Source of the DNA: Nannocystales bacterium
Lineage (GTDB): Bacteria; Myxococcota_A; Polyangia; Nannocystales; Nannocystaceae
Direction: 5' to 3'
Length of the DNA: 64,000 nucleotides
NCBI GenBank assembly: GCA_050633305.1
Contig: JBOEGF010000006.1
Span: 96,001-160,000 of the forward strand
Position 1 is the stretch's first letter, and every line of letters starts with the position of its first letter. Both the position numbers and the translations under genes were made by a program. Below are positions 9,685-19,310 of the stretch, in pieces. Below the pieces are notes generated by a model that searched no databases, was not told the DNA's origin, and saw nothing but the letters and a program-made list of their open reading frames with translations.

Positions 9685-10464
9685 TCAGATGTGAAGGCCG
9701 CCGTTCACCCGGAGCACGTGCCCGGTGATGTAGCCGGCGGCGTCCGAAGCCAAGAAAGCGACGGACTCCGCGATATCGTTGGTCGCGCCGATGCGCCCAA
9801 GGGGAATGTTCCCGATCAGCGTGTCGCGGGCGTCGCCCACGAGCGCGGCATCGGTCATGTCGGTGGCGATGAAGCCCGGCGCAACGGCGTTGACGGTGCA
9901 CCCGCGGGAAGCGAGTTCCCGGGCGATGGACTTGGTCATTCCGATGACGCCCGCCTTGGTCGCGGCGTACATCGTCTGGCCAGCGTTGCCCTGTTCACCG
10001 ACAACGGAGGTGAGGTTGATGATCCGGCCCGAGGACTTCGCACGTAGCAGGGAGCGCGTGGCGGCCTTGCTGCACAGGAGCGTGCCGCGAAGGTTGACCC
10101 GCTGCAGCGTCTCCCAGTCTTCTTCCTTGGCCCGCATCAGCAGCGCATCGATCGAGATGCCAGCGTTGTTGACCAGGATGTCCAGGCCCCCGAGGGCCTC
10201 GGTGACCTGCTTGAACCCGGCGGTCACGGCGTCAGCGTCGCTGACATCGAATCCGACCGCGACAGCCGTGCCGCCGGCGTCCTCGATCGCGCCGACAACC
10301 TCTCGGGCCGCCGCCTCGCCGCGCGCGTAGTTAACCGCGACAGCGGCACCACGAGAGGCGAGCGTGATGGCGATCGCGCGGCCGATACCGCGGCTTCCGC
10401 CGGTCACCAGGGCACGGCGCCCCGACAGGTCCAAAGACGCCGGAAGTGCGTTGGAGGGTTCCAT
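9685..10464 (-). CDS. fabG: 3-oxoacyl-ACP reductase
   Basis: [25 protein letters not shown]; start MEPSN overlaps the fabD stop (TGATG). Confidence 0.95.
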   Translation of the reverse strand: MEPSNALPASLDLSGRRALVTGGSRGIGRAIAITLASRGAAVAVNYARGEAAAREVVGAIEDAGGTAVAVGFDVSDADAVTAGFKQVTEALGGLDILVNNAGISIDALLMRAKEEDWETLQRVNLRGTLLCSKAATRSLLRAKSSGRIINLTSVVGEQGNAGQTMYAATKAGVIGMTKSIARELASRGCTVNAVAPGFIATDMTDAALVGDARDTLIGNIPLGRIGATNDIAESVAFLASDAAGYITGHVLRVNGGLHI

Positions 10465-11393
10465 CAAGCGCCCTCGTGTAGCACATCGATATCGTCCGGG
10501 GAACCGACCCCACGGACGCTCACGCTGCGATCGATGCGACGCACCAACCCGGCAAGCACCTTCCCATGCCCCACCTCGAGCGCCGCGTCGATGCCCAGGT
10601 GCGCAGCCTTCTGCACGGACGCTTCCCACTTCACCCGGTGCGTGACCTGACGAACGAGAAGCTCGGCAACGCGCGAGGGATCTTCGTTGGGCTCGGCTTC
10701 CACGTTCGTGATCACCGGTGCCTCGAAAGCGCTCATCTGCACATCTGCGAGTGCGTCCTGCAGCCGATCGGCTGCCGGCTGCATCAGCGCGCAATGGAAT
10801 GGTGCGGACACCTTCAGCGGGATGGCGCGGGCCTTTTTTTCCTTGGCCAACCCCACGAGTCGCCCGACCGCCTCGGCGTGTCCAGCCACAACGATCTGTC
10901 CCCCGCCGTTCTCATTCGCGGGGCTGAGGACCTGATCTTGTGCGGCCTCCAGACACAGGGCTTCGAGCGCCTCGCCGTCCATCCCGATCACAGCCGCCAT
11001 CGCGCCGACCCCGGCGGGCACCGCTTCCTGCATCGCCTGCCCGCGAAGCCGAACGAGTTTGACGGCGTCCGCGAACTTCAACGCGCCCGCCCCGACGAGC
11101 GCCGAGAATTCACCGAGCGAGTGCCCCATGAAGAATGCCGGCTTCAGCTCGGTGCGCTCGCGAACCGCCGCGAGCGCAGCCACCGACGTCGTCAGGATCG
11201 CCGGCTGGGTGTTCGCGGTGAGCGTGAGGTCTTCGGCCGGGCCCTCGAAACACATCTTCGAGATCGACAAGCCCAGGGCGTCGTCGGCCTCGTCGAAGAT
11301 CGCTTTGGCGGCGGGGCTTTGCTCGTAGAGCGCCTTGCCCATGCCGACCTGTTGAGAACCCTGCCCAGGAAACAAGAATGCGAGATTGGTCAT
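10464..11393 (-). CDS. fabD: Malonyl-CoA:ACP transacylase
   Basis: FLFPGQGSQ, GHSLGE, SAPFH; ATG 11393 overlaps the plsX stop. Confidence 0.96.
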   Translation of the reverse strand: MTNLAFLFPGQGSQQVGMGKALYEQSPAAKAIFDEADDALGLSISKMCFEGPAEDLTLTANTQPAILTTSVAALAAVRERTELKPAFFMGHSLGEFSALVGAGALKFADAVKLVRLRGQAMQEAVPAGVGAMAAVIGMDGEALEALCLEAAQDQVLSPANENGGGQIVVAGHAEAVGRLVGLAKEKKARAIPLKVSAPFHCALMQPAADRLQDALADVQMSAFEAPVITNVEAEPNEDPSRVAELLVRQVTHRVKWEASVQKAAHLGIDAALEVGHGKVLAGLVRRIDRSVSVRGVGSPDDIDVLHEGA

Positions 11394-12448
11394 GACGCGC
11401 TTTCGGCCGCCTTCGCGGCATCGAAGAGGGGTTTGTGCTCCGCGACCGCGGCCTCGAGCTGCGGTGCGAGTTTCTCGGACACGGAACGTGCGGCGAACTC
11501 GAGACTGTGCGCGATGGCATTCGCGCTGGCGGACCCGTGACAGATGAACGCCAAGCCTCGAACACCCAGCAATGGCGCGGCCCCGTAGACGTCGGGGTCC
11601 AGCGCGGAGCGAAGCTCCATCAGGGCGGGCTTCATCAGCAACGCACCCATCTTGGAGCGACCGCTTCCGCCGATCGCATCCTTGAGCCACCCGCCGATCG
11701 CCCGCCCGGTCGCCTCCATGACTTTCAGCGCAATGTTGCCGGTGAAGCCATCGGTGACCATCACATCCACCGCGCCCGCCATCAGGTCGGATCCCTCGGC
11801 GTAGCCGGCGTACTCGAATGCCTCGCTGGGGTGCTCCCGCAACAACTGATGCGCGACGCGAGTCAGCTCGGTGCCCTTGCCATCTTCCGATCCATTGGAG
11901 AGCAAGCCGACGTTGGGCCGCGTTCGCCCGTGCTTGAAGCCGGCATAGACCGCGCCGAGCACCGCGAACTGCACGAGGTTGACCGGCTTGCAGTCGACGT
12001 TGGCGCCAACGTCGAGGAAGGCGGTGAGCTTGCCGTTGCGGGTCGGCGTCGACGTGACCAACGCCGGTCGGTCAACGCCCTTGATGCGGCGGTACTTGAA
12101 CAGTCCACACGCCAACATCGCGCCAGAGTTGCCCGCGGAGACCACCGCATCGGCCTCTCCGTTCTTGACCAACTCGAAACACTGCGGCATCGAAGCCGCT
12201 GGCTTCCCGCGGACAGCCTTGCTGGGGCTGTCCTGCATCGTAATGACGTCGGGCGCGTGATGGACCCGAATCGGCAGCGAGGCCCAATCACGAGCCTGCG
12301 CGTCCAGGGCAGTCTTTAGTTTTTTTTCGTCGCCAACGAGGACGACATCAACCCCGCCGGTTCGTACGGCCTGCAGGGCCCCTTCGATCTCAGGGCCGGG
12401 GCAAGCGTCTCCACCGAAAGCATCCAGGGCGATCCTAGCGTTTGCCAT
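11390..12448 (-). CDS. plsX: Phosphate acyltransferase PlsX
   Basis: IALDAFGGD, SAGNSGA, IKGVDRPAL, LDVGAN, TDGFTGNIALK, CHGS. Confidence 0.96.
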   Translation of the reverse strand: MANARIALDAFGGDACPGPEIEGALQAVRTGGVDVVLVGDEKKLKTALDAQARDWASLPIRVHHAPDVITMQDSPSKAVRGKPAASMPQCFELVKNGEADAVVSAGNSGAMLACGLFKYRRIKGVDRPALVTSTPTRNGKLTAFLDVGANVDCKPVNLVQFAVLGAVYAGFKHGRTRPNVGLLSNGSEDGKGTELTRVAHQLLREHPSEAFEYAGYAEGSDLMAGAVDVMVTDGFTGNIALKVMEATGRAIGGWLKDAIGGSGRSKMGALLMKPALMELRSALDPDVYGAAPLLGVRGLAFICHGSASANAIAHSLEFAARSVSEKLAPQLEAAVAEHKPLFDAAKAAESAS

Positions 12449-12583
12449 GGAAAAGCCTTGAAGCTCATCAACGCAGACGGGGCAGACGGGTTCGAGGAGC
12501 AGACTGCAAAGAAGTAGAGGAGTCGGTCTCGGTTCGGGAACAGGGAGGACACCCGGTCCTCCCTGTTGACCACGAACGAGAAC

Positions 12584-12769
12584 CTAGTCTTGGGCGACCG
12601 CAACCACCTCGCGTCCGCGGTACTGACCGCAGGCCGGGCACACGCGGTGGCTGATCATCAGCTCTCCGCAGTTGGGGCACGGTCCGAGGTTCGGCGCGGT
12701 GATCTTGTCGTGGTTGGCACGACGCATGTTGCGGCGCGAGGAAGACGTTCGTTTCTTAGGTACAGCCAT
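12584..12769 (-). CDS. rpmF: 50S ribosomal protein L32 (Zn-ribbon form)
   Basis: MAVPKKRTS...CPNCGE...[12 protein letters not shown]. Confidence 0.97.
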   Translation of the reverse strand: MAVPKKRTSSSRRNMRRANHDKITAPNLGPCPNCGELMISHRVCPACGQYRGREVVAVAQD

Positions 12770-12836
12770 CGGGCCCTCGAAGAGGCGGGAGTGTAGTGGT
12801 GGCCCGCACCCGGCGGCAAGGGCCTAAGTCGGGTTT

Positions 12837-13529
12837 TCAGTCGGGCAATTGGAGCTTTCTCAAGGCGTCCGCCAGGGCGGTCGACTTGGGCGGTTCTTCC
12901 GCGTCGCTGTCCGATTCCGCCTCCGTGGGCGGGTCGCCGACGGCGCCGAGGAATTCCTGGCCGCACTTCACGCAGAACGCGCGGTTGCCAGCGATCCGCG
13001 GGGGGACCTCGTTGAAGTTGTTCCCACAGCCCGAGCACAGGCCTTCACAGGCCTCGCCCTTCTCGCACAGGGCGCGCATGGGGTACGCCACCTTCACGTA
13101 CTCGGTCACGACCCGGGCGAGGTCGATCGTCCGTCCATCATATGGCCAGCTGTCGAGCGCTTCGTCGTCGAGCGCCAATCCGTCCTCATCTTCCTCCTGG
13201 CGGGCCACAGGGGTGCCGGAGAGCACGAACATCGCGTCGATCCGGCTGTTGCCGTCGACCACCGCATCCTCAAGACAGCGTCCACAAGGAACGATGAACG
13301 TCACTGCGAGCTGACCGGAGACGATCACAGGCCCGTCGCCGGGCAGGTTGAGGTCAAATGCGACCCTGCCCGCCTCGCGAACCTCGGCGTCAGTATCGGA
13401 CAGCGCGTGCGCGAGCCACTCGGAGGAGAGATCCGCCTCCACGCGGCCGTGGGTTTCGCCGCGCCGCCGCATCGCGGACACGTCGACGCTCAACGACTCG
13501 GGCGGCGGTGGAGCAGCGGCTTCGGACAT
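12837..13529 (-). CDS. yceD: YceD/DUF177 family protein
   Basis: ATG 13529; PCGRCLE, IDL..V.E...AYPMRALC...CEGLCSGCG, C-terminal LADALRKL; canonical position upstream of rpmF. Confidence 0.88.
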   Translation of the reverse strand: MSEAAAPPPPESLSVDVSAMRRRGETHGRVEADLSSEWLAHALSDTDAEVREAGRVAFDLNLPGDGPVIVSGQLAVTFIVPCGRCLEDAVVDGNSRIDAMFVLSGTPVARQEEDEDGLALDDEALDSWPYDGRTIDLARVVTEYVKVAYPMRALCEKGEACEGLCSGCGNNFNEVPPRIAGNRAFCVKCGQEFLGAVGDPPTEAESDSDAEEPPKSTALADALRKLQLPD

Positions 13530-13536
13530 GCGCGGC

Positions 13537-13565
13537 GGTGTAGTGCGTCCGCCGCCCGCTGTCAA
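13537..13565 (-). promoter_or_regulatory. sigma70-type promoter, 7 nt from the yceD ATG (leaderless-type)
   Basis: Minus strand TTGACA-N17-TACACC, then 7 nt, then ATG. Confidence 0.6.
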
Positions 13566-13665
13566 AACGTCCGTGCAGGCGTGAGCCGGGCCGTGATCCC
13601 GATCGTAGGGTCGAACCCCGCGCCATTGACCGCAAACCGCACAGTGTCGTAGACCGTCGCGACCC

Positions 13666-16600
13666 GTGCCGGCAGCGCACAACCAACCACCTCGTCGGGC
13701 CTCGCGCCTGGCATGGCTGCTCCCGCTGGCCGCCCTGTTCGTGCTGACGCCGAGCCTCGCGCGCGCTGGTTCGATCGCGCACATGCCCGTGCGCTCACCG
13801 GCCGCCCTGATTCCACCGCAGGCTCCGGGAGTCTCGCTCGGTTCCGCAACAGCGTTCGCGCCCGCGCCCGAGTCTCCGCCCCCCGGAACCCCGAGCCCAG
13901 ATGCGAAGCCGGATCCAGATGCGAAGCCGGATCCAGATGCGAAGCCGGATCCAGATGCGTCGGACGACGAAGCGTCGACGCTGATCCGTCAGCGCAACAT
14001 CCCGCCGCTGTGGTTCAACCGCGAGTTCGACACGCACCAAACCAAGGCGGTCCCGCCGTTCTTCATCCACCGGACGCCCAAGGCTGGGCACCCCGAGAAG
14101 CTCCTTCATGCCGACCTGTCGTTGACCTTCGCTTGGTACGACAAACGGATGGAGCGTCGGCGGTGGATGAACCCCGCGGTCCTGTTCTTCGGAAGCTACT
14201 CCAAGCGCAAGACCGTCTGGGGCGCTGCGCCTCTGTTGATGGGCTACCGACGCGTCGGCGAGCAGTTCAACTTCGGCCAGTTCCCGCTGGTGTGGTGGTG
14301 GGGCACGAAGTTCGTGAAGAACTTCCTTGTCGTCCCCTTCCACTACCAACAGAAGACGCCCGACAGCTTCCGGGGTGTGTCCGCGTTGTTCTTCTGGTAT
14401 GGGCGCAAGGACACCGAAGACGCCGATCTGCAAAACGATCGGAAGCACTTCGTCGCGGCCCCCTTCTTTTTCCGGTTCCAACGCGGACTCAAGCGTTTCG
14501 ACTACTCGCTGGTCTACTTCGGCGGCCACAACAAGCTCAAGGGCCGCAAGTTCTCCGCATTCGCCCCCTTCGTGCTCCTGCAGCAGAGTGAGTTCGGCAA
14601 CCGCAAAGAAGTGTGGTCGCTCCCTTGGATTCGACGGACGGACACGGCACGCCGCAAATCGGCGTGGTCGGTTCCGGTCGCCTTGACCTTCGGCACCAAG
14701 AACCCCGACGGCAGTCTGCTGTCCGTCACGCCGCTGGTCTGGCACGCCCGCAACAACCTCAAGGGCAGCAAGCTGACCATCGCTGGGCCGCTCGGCTGGT
14801 ACGACGATCCCAACCAGCGCAACATCGTCGGCGCTCCCCTCTTCTACCGGTTCCACGACAAGACCTACGGACGCACGACCAACGTGTTCGCACCGCTGGT
14901 CTTGACCCGGAGCACGCCCAAGAGCACCGCCGTGTGGACGCCGATCGGTGGCGGACGTCGGGGTCAAAACGGCTGGGGCTTCGGCATCGTCCCAGCCCTG
15001 ACCGGCTTCGCCCAAGGTCCCGACGGCCGTCGTTTCGGCACCGTCGGTGGACTCGTGTGGCACGCCAAGCGCCCCGCGAGCGAGAGCAAGCCCGCCCGCA
15101 GCCTCTGGGTCGCCGGCCCGCTCGGCTACGGAGACCGCCGCGGCAGTCGCATGCACTTGGGCCTCGTCCCGGCCATGACCTTCGTGGGCTGGGGAGAAGG
15201 CAAGAACTACCAAGTCGTCACGCCGCTGCTGTGGCACGTGCGCGACGCGGCAGCCGATCGACGCACCGTCGTCGCCGGGCCGGTCTACCACCACCACGAC
15301 AAGGCCGGCAGCGCGGGCGGGATCGCTCCGCTCGCGTTCTGGGGCAACAGCCCGCAGCACCGCTACGGGATCCTTCCGTGGCTCCTCATCGGTGACGTCA
15401 CCTTCAAGGACACCCAAGAGCGGCTGACCGTCTCGCCCGTGTTCGTCCGCTCCAAGAGCCCGACCGCCCGCACCCTCGGCGTGGCCGGGATCGCGTGGGA
15501 TGTGCAACGAGGCAACGGGGCCGAGCGACACAGCGTGCTCTTCCCGCTGTACTACCGTCGCCAGCTCCCCGGACGCACCACGGTCGTGACGCCGATCGGT
15601 GGCATGTACGCGAGGGGCGCGGATCGAACCTCGGTCTACGGCCTGTACTACCGCCGCAAGACCGCGGACCGGAACGGCTGGGGCGTACTGCCCTTGGTCT
15701 TCCACGACGCGCACCCGGTCGAAGGCGGCCGGTCCTCGCACACGGTGGCAGCGCCTCTGTATCTCCGGCGCCGCACCCCGACCGACGACCTGGACGTGTT
15801 CACCCCCCTGGTGTGGCGCAGCAACGTTCGCGGCGACAAGCCCCGCAAAGGCCTGGCCGTCGCCCCCTTCTACTTCCGACAGCGCCAACCTGGCGGCGTG
15901 GATGTGGATGCGGGTCTGCCGTTCTTCTTCTCCCGCGATCGGGTGCGGCACACGCACACGTACATCGTCGCGACAGGGTTCCACCGGCTCAGCCGCAAAG
16001 GGCTCAACTCCGGCGTGGCACCGCTGTGGTGGTGGGCCGACTCCGAGGAAAAGCGTCGCCTCGTCGCACTCCCCGCAATCTTCCACTTCGAAGACAAGAC
16101 CAAGAACGAGCACACCACCATCGCGGTGCCGTTGTGGTTCGACCGCCAGCGCGCCGATGGGCGCCGACGGTGGGCCGCGTTCCCGTTCGTCTTCGGTGGC
16201 CGCAAAGGCTACGACCACAGCCGCTTCTCGCTGGCACCGATCGGATACTTCGACCTGTTCCGCCTGCAACGGAACACCCGGTTCACGGGCTACGTGCCGC
16301 TGCTGTTCCGCTTCCAAAAAGGCGGATTCCAGGCCGGGGACGACCCCAAGAGCCGCTACACCCTGTGGGGAAGCGCTCCACTGTTCCTGTACGGCAAGGA
16401 CGGCAACGGCCGCCGTACCCACGGCGCGTTGGTCTACTACTACGACCGCAAGCCCGGCAGCGTGAAGCTGTACACCCCCGTCTTCGGGGTCACGAACGAA
16501 CCCGGCAAGACACTAGGCTGGTACGCGGGCAACTTTGGCCTGCGGACCACCAACACCCACAAGCGCTCGTTCTTCTTCCCCCTTTGGTACCGCAAGGCGC

Positions 16601-17379
16601 ACCGGCTCGAGGATCGCAGCCTGACCCTGGCCGCGCCGCCCGTGTTCATCTCGCAGCGCCGCGAGGACCGTCGCTTCTTCGAAGCCGGGCTCGTCGTGTG
16701 GCAGTGGAGGCAGCAGCACAAGGTGTCGACCGCCGTCGCACCTCCGGTGTTCTACTTCTCCGAGGCCTACGCGCAGCGTCGTCTGTACTGGCTGATGCCG
16801 CTGTTCATTCGCGACAACAACTTCGCGAAGGACACCGCCGCGTTCGCCATCCCCGGCGTGTACACGCAGGTTCGCAAGGGTGAGAACCTGGACTTCGTGC
16901 AGTTCCCGCTCGTGTGGCACATCGAGCGCGGCCAGAACCAAGGCACGTTCGGCGCGTTTGCGTGGTGGGATATCCGAGTCAAGGGCAAGACCCTCCAGAT
17001 GGTCCCTGCCCTGTTCACCCGCTGGAAGACCCCCGAGCGAGACACCAAAGTCATCGGTCCAGGCTTGGGCTGGTGGAGCCGCGGAAGCGTAGAGGACCCC
17101 AAGGCCAAGGGGTGGCGCGTGTTGTTCGGAGCCTTCGGCGCGGGGACACAGAACGGTCGCAAGTACATGAGCATCTTCGGTGCTCGCATCGACCGAGGTC
17201 CTGCGCCCGCAGAGCCGACCAAGGCCGAAGCTCGCCGAGCGGCTCGCCGTGACCGTCGACAAGCCAAGAAGACCGCGCGCGCGACCGCACAGTCCGACCG
17301 TCGGTTGAAGCGCCAGGCAGCGTCCGCAGCCCGGATGCGCAAACCGACCGCTTCGGCCGCCCCCACCCCGGCGCCATAG
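13666..17379 (+). CDS. Large secreted aromatic-rich repeat protein of unknown function
   Basis: 1237-aa ORF with GC3-biased codons; N-terminal hydrophobic signal (WLLPLAALFVLTPSLARA), Pro-rich linker, then dozens of P(L/F)(F/W/Y/V) units; TTGACC-N18-TAGACC at 13626-13655. Confidence 0.85.
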   Translation: MPAAHNQPPRRASRLAWLLPLAALFVLTPSLARAGSIAHMPVRSPAALIPPQAPGVSLGSATAFAPAPESPPPGTPSPDAKPDPDAKPDPDAKPDPDASDDEASTLIRQRNIPPLWFNREFDTHQTKAVPPFFIHRTPKAGHPEKLLHADLSLTFAWYDKRMERRRWMNPAVLFFGSYSKRKTVWGAAPLLMGYRRVGEQFNFGQFPLVWWWGTKFVKNFLVVPFHYQQKTPDSFRGVSALFFWYGRKDTEDADLQNDRKHFVAAPFFFRFQRGLKRFDYSLVYFGGHNKLKGRKFSAFAPFVLLQQSEFGNRKEVWSLPWIRRTDTARRKSAWSVPVALTFGTKNPDGSLLSVTPLVWHARNNLKGSKLTIAGPLGWYDDPNQRNIVGAPLFYRFHDKTYGRTTNVFAPLVLTRSTPKSTAVWTPIGGGRRGQNGWGFGIVPALTGFAQGPDGRRFGTVGGLVWHAKRPASESKPARSLWVAGPLGYGDRRGSRMHLGLVPAMTFVGWGEGKNYQVVTPLLWHVRDAAADRRTVVAGPVYHHHDKAGSAGGIAPLAFWGNSPQHRYGILPWLLIGDVTFKDTQERLTVSPVFVRSKSPTARTLGVAGIAWDVQRGNGAERHSVLFPLYYRRQLPGRTTVVTPIGGMYARGADRTSVYGLYYRRKTADRNGWGVLPLVFHDAHPVEGGRSSHTVAAPLYLRRRTPTDDLDVFTPLVWRSNVRGDKPRKGLAVAPFYFRQRQPGGVDVDAGLPFFFSRDRVRHTHTYIVATGFHRLSRKGLNSGVAPLWWWADSEEKRRLVALPAIFHFEDKTKNEHTTIAVPLWFDRQRADGRRRWAAFPFVFGGRKGYDHSRFSLAPIGYFDLFRLQRNTRFTGYVPLLFRFQKGGFQAGDDPKSRYTLWGSAPLFLYGKDGNGRRTHGALVYYYDRKPGSVKLYTPVFGVTNEPGKTLGWYAGNFGLRTTNTHKRSFFFPLWYRKAHRLEDRSLTLAAPPVFISQRREDRRFFEAGLVVWQWRQQHKVSTAVAPPVFYFSEAYAQRRLYWLMPLFIRDNNFAKDTAAFAIPGVYTQVRKGENLDFVQFPLVWHIERGQNQGTFGAFAWWDIRVKGKTLQMVPALFTRWKTPERDTKVIGPGLGWWSRGSVEDPKAKGWRVLFGAFGAGTQNGRKYMSIFGARIDRGPAPAEPTKAEARRAARRDRRQAKKTARATAQSDRRLKRQAASAARMRKPTASAAPTPAP
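13897..13959 (+). repeat. 18-bp perfect tandem repeat x3.5 (encodes PDAKPD)
   Basis: ccagatgcgaagccggat at 13897, 13915 and 13933, plus a 9-bp partial copy. Confidence 0.95.
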
Positions 17380-17711
17380 CGGCCGCACACGGAAGCCTGC
17401 CAGCCTGTTCCAGGGTGTCTGTCCTGGGCCTTGAGTTCAGGACAGTCCGGGGGGCAGGGTGGCGCCGCTGCGGGACCCTGCGCGCCCCAGCTCAGGTCAT
17501 CCACCGCTCGAAGGCACACGGACCTCCAGACGGCGGAGGCACGCACCAGCATCGCCTAGTCGGGCACGGGCGAACGCGAAGCGCCGACGAGGGTGACAGA
17601 TCGGGAAGCCGGGGCCTGCGGTGCGGGTGCCGATTCGTGCAACGGCACCCCCCCCTCCCCCCGAAGCGCCGCGAAAACGTGCTTGGCATGGTTCTTCCAA
17701 AGCCTCCCCGC

Positions 17712-19142
17712 ATGACCACTCTGCGCTCTCCCGCACTCCTCCTGCTGCTTTGCTCGGCGTGCTCGCTGTTCGGGGCGTCCAGCGACACCGCGCAGCCGGA
17801 GCCCGGCCCCGTCATCGGGCAGGACTCGAAGGACACGGTCAGAGCGGGAGAGGCCGCGATGATGGCCAACATCGCCCAGATGGACGAGGAGATCGACAAG
17901 AACGAGGCGAAGCTCCGCACAGCGCTTGAAGCCGCGCTCGGCAAGGCCTCCCCGGTCCCCGGTGGAGCCGTTCCCGCGTCCGCCTCGCAAACCGTCACAG
18001 CGTTGAAGAAGTCGAAGGTCGAGCTGCGCATCGAGCCCGTCCTCGATGCGCAGGGCAAGCCCCTGGGCAGCGGGCTGGTCCAGCTTACGGACTCCAACAC
18101 CGTCAAGATGGTCGAGATCTCGCGGAAGATGGGCTCTGGCGGGAAGGTCTCGAAGAAAGAGCAGAAGTTCATGCAGGACGCGGCAAAACAGATGACGCCG
18201 CTCAACGATCTGAAGGCGCAGGTCCGCGCCGCGGTCGACCCCGCGATGAACTCGGGCTGGATGATCACGACCGGATCGCTCACGACAATGCAGGTCGCCG
18301 CCAACATGGTCCGGACTCGACGACAGATGGAGATGGAGTGGCAGGACGAGGACTACGCGATCGTGCAGCAGCTCCTCGCCAGCCAGCGACGCCGCGAGTC
18401 GATCGGCGCGGTCTCGATCGGATTGATGGCCTCGTACCAACTCGCTTTCGCCGAAGGAGGAGACCCGTCGGTGGTGGAGACCGTGTCCCAAGCCAGCCTC
18501 GATGCGCTGCCGATGAAGGGCGAGGCGTCCCTCGACGAAGCCAAGGCGTACATCGAGAACTTCGATGCCAACGTCGAGTCTTCCCGCGTGCAGTACGAGA
18601 CGCAGATGCGGAAGTCCTTCGGCGATGAGGTCTACGAGACGAAGTACAAGGCAGGCATCGACACGATGTTCACCCAAATCGCGGGCGCGTCCTCGGCCCA
18701 GAGTGCGACCGAGATGATGGCGGAGAACAACGCCACGTACGAAGAACACCTCAAGATGTGCGCACGCGGAGAGACCCCTCCCCCGGGCACCATGGTCGGC
18801 CCGGGCAAGTGCAAGGAAGCGAAGGCCGCCGCGGGCAGCGGGGGGGAGCTCAGCGCGGATGTCCTCGCGGGACTGCTCGGCGGACCCGGCGCGGTCGACG
18901 GCAAGGCCATCGCCAAGAAAGGAATCCTGCTCGCTTTGGAGAAGATTCCAGGCGGAAACCAGGTCAAGCGTGCGCTCGAAGGGGTGAAGGCGCTTCGTGA
19001 TGGAGACCCGTCGGTCGCGCTGCGGCTTGCCGCAGACCTCGTGCCCCTGCCCGGTCCCGCCAAGATGGCGCTCAGCGGCGCCGCCACCATCGCCGAGGCC
19101 CTCCCCAAGGCCAAGCGCAACGCCCGGCGCATGCGCGGCTAG
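17712..19142 (+). CDS. Hypothetical helical lipoprotein
   Basis: ATG 17712: MTTLRSPALLLLLCSAC lipobox-like signal; 476 aa, coiled/helical character, Met-rich. Confidence 0.8.
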   Translation: MTTLRSPALLLLLCSACSLFGASSDTAQPEPGPVIGQDSKDTVRAGEAAMMANIAQMDEEIDKNEAKLRTALEAALGKASPVPGGAVPASASQTVTALKKSKVELRIEPVLDAQGKPLGSGLVQLTDSNTVKMVEISRKMGSGGKVSKKEQKFMQDAAKQMTPLNDLKAQVRAAVDPAMNSGWMITTGSLTTMQVAANMVRTRRQMEMEWQDEDYAIVQQLLASQRRRESIGAVSIGLMASYQLAFAEGGDPSVVETVSQASLDALPMKGEASLDEAKAYIENFDANVESSRVQYETQMRKSFGDEVYETKYKAGIDTMFTQIAGASSAQSATEMMAENNATYEEHLKMCARGETPPPGTMVGPGKCKEAKAAAGSGGELSADVLAGLLGGPGAVDGKAIAKKGILLALEKIPGGNQVKRALEGVKALRDGDPSVALRLAADLVPLPGPAKMALSGAATIAEALPKAKRNARRMRG

Positions 19143-19310
19143 AACAGCAGAGGCGTGCGTTGCAGGCCGAATCCAAACCGGTCGGCGCTCTAGAGCACGA
19201 CTGGGCCCGCCCCTCGGGCGCCCGAACGCTCGGGGCCGCGGGGAGCAGCACCGCCGCGGCCGTACGGGAGCTGGCAGTGAGGGAGGCCTCCCGCTGCGAG
19301 CGAGGCCTGT

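Noticed and set aside
13795..16422. 875-aa antisense ORF and many other long overlapping ORFs
   Set aside because: Expected antisense/off-frame ORFs in high-GC DNA; they mirror well-supported genes and have no motifs.
17683..17699. Possible sigma54 promoter TGGCATGGTTCTTCC
   Set aside because: The -12 position reads CC rather than GC; too weak.
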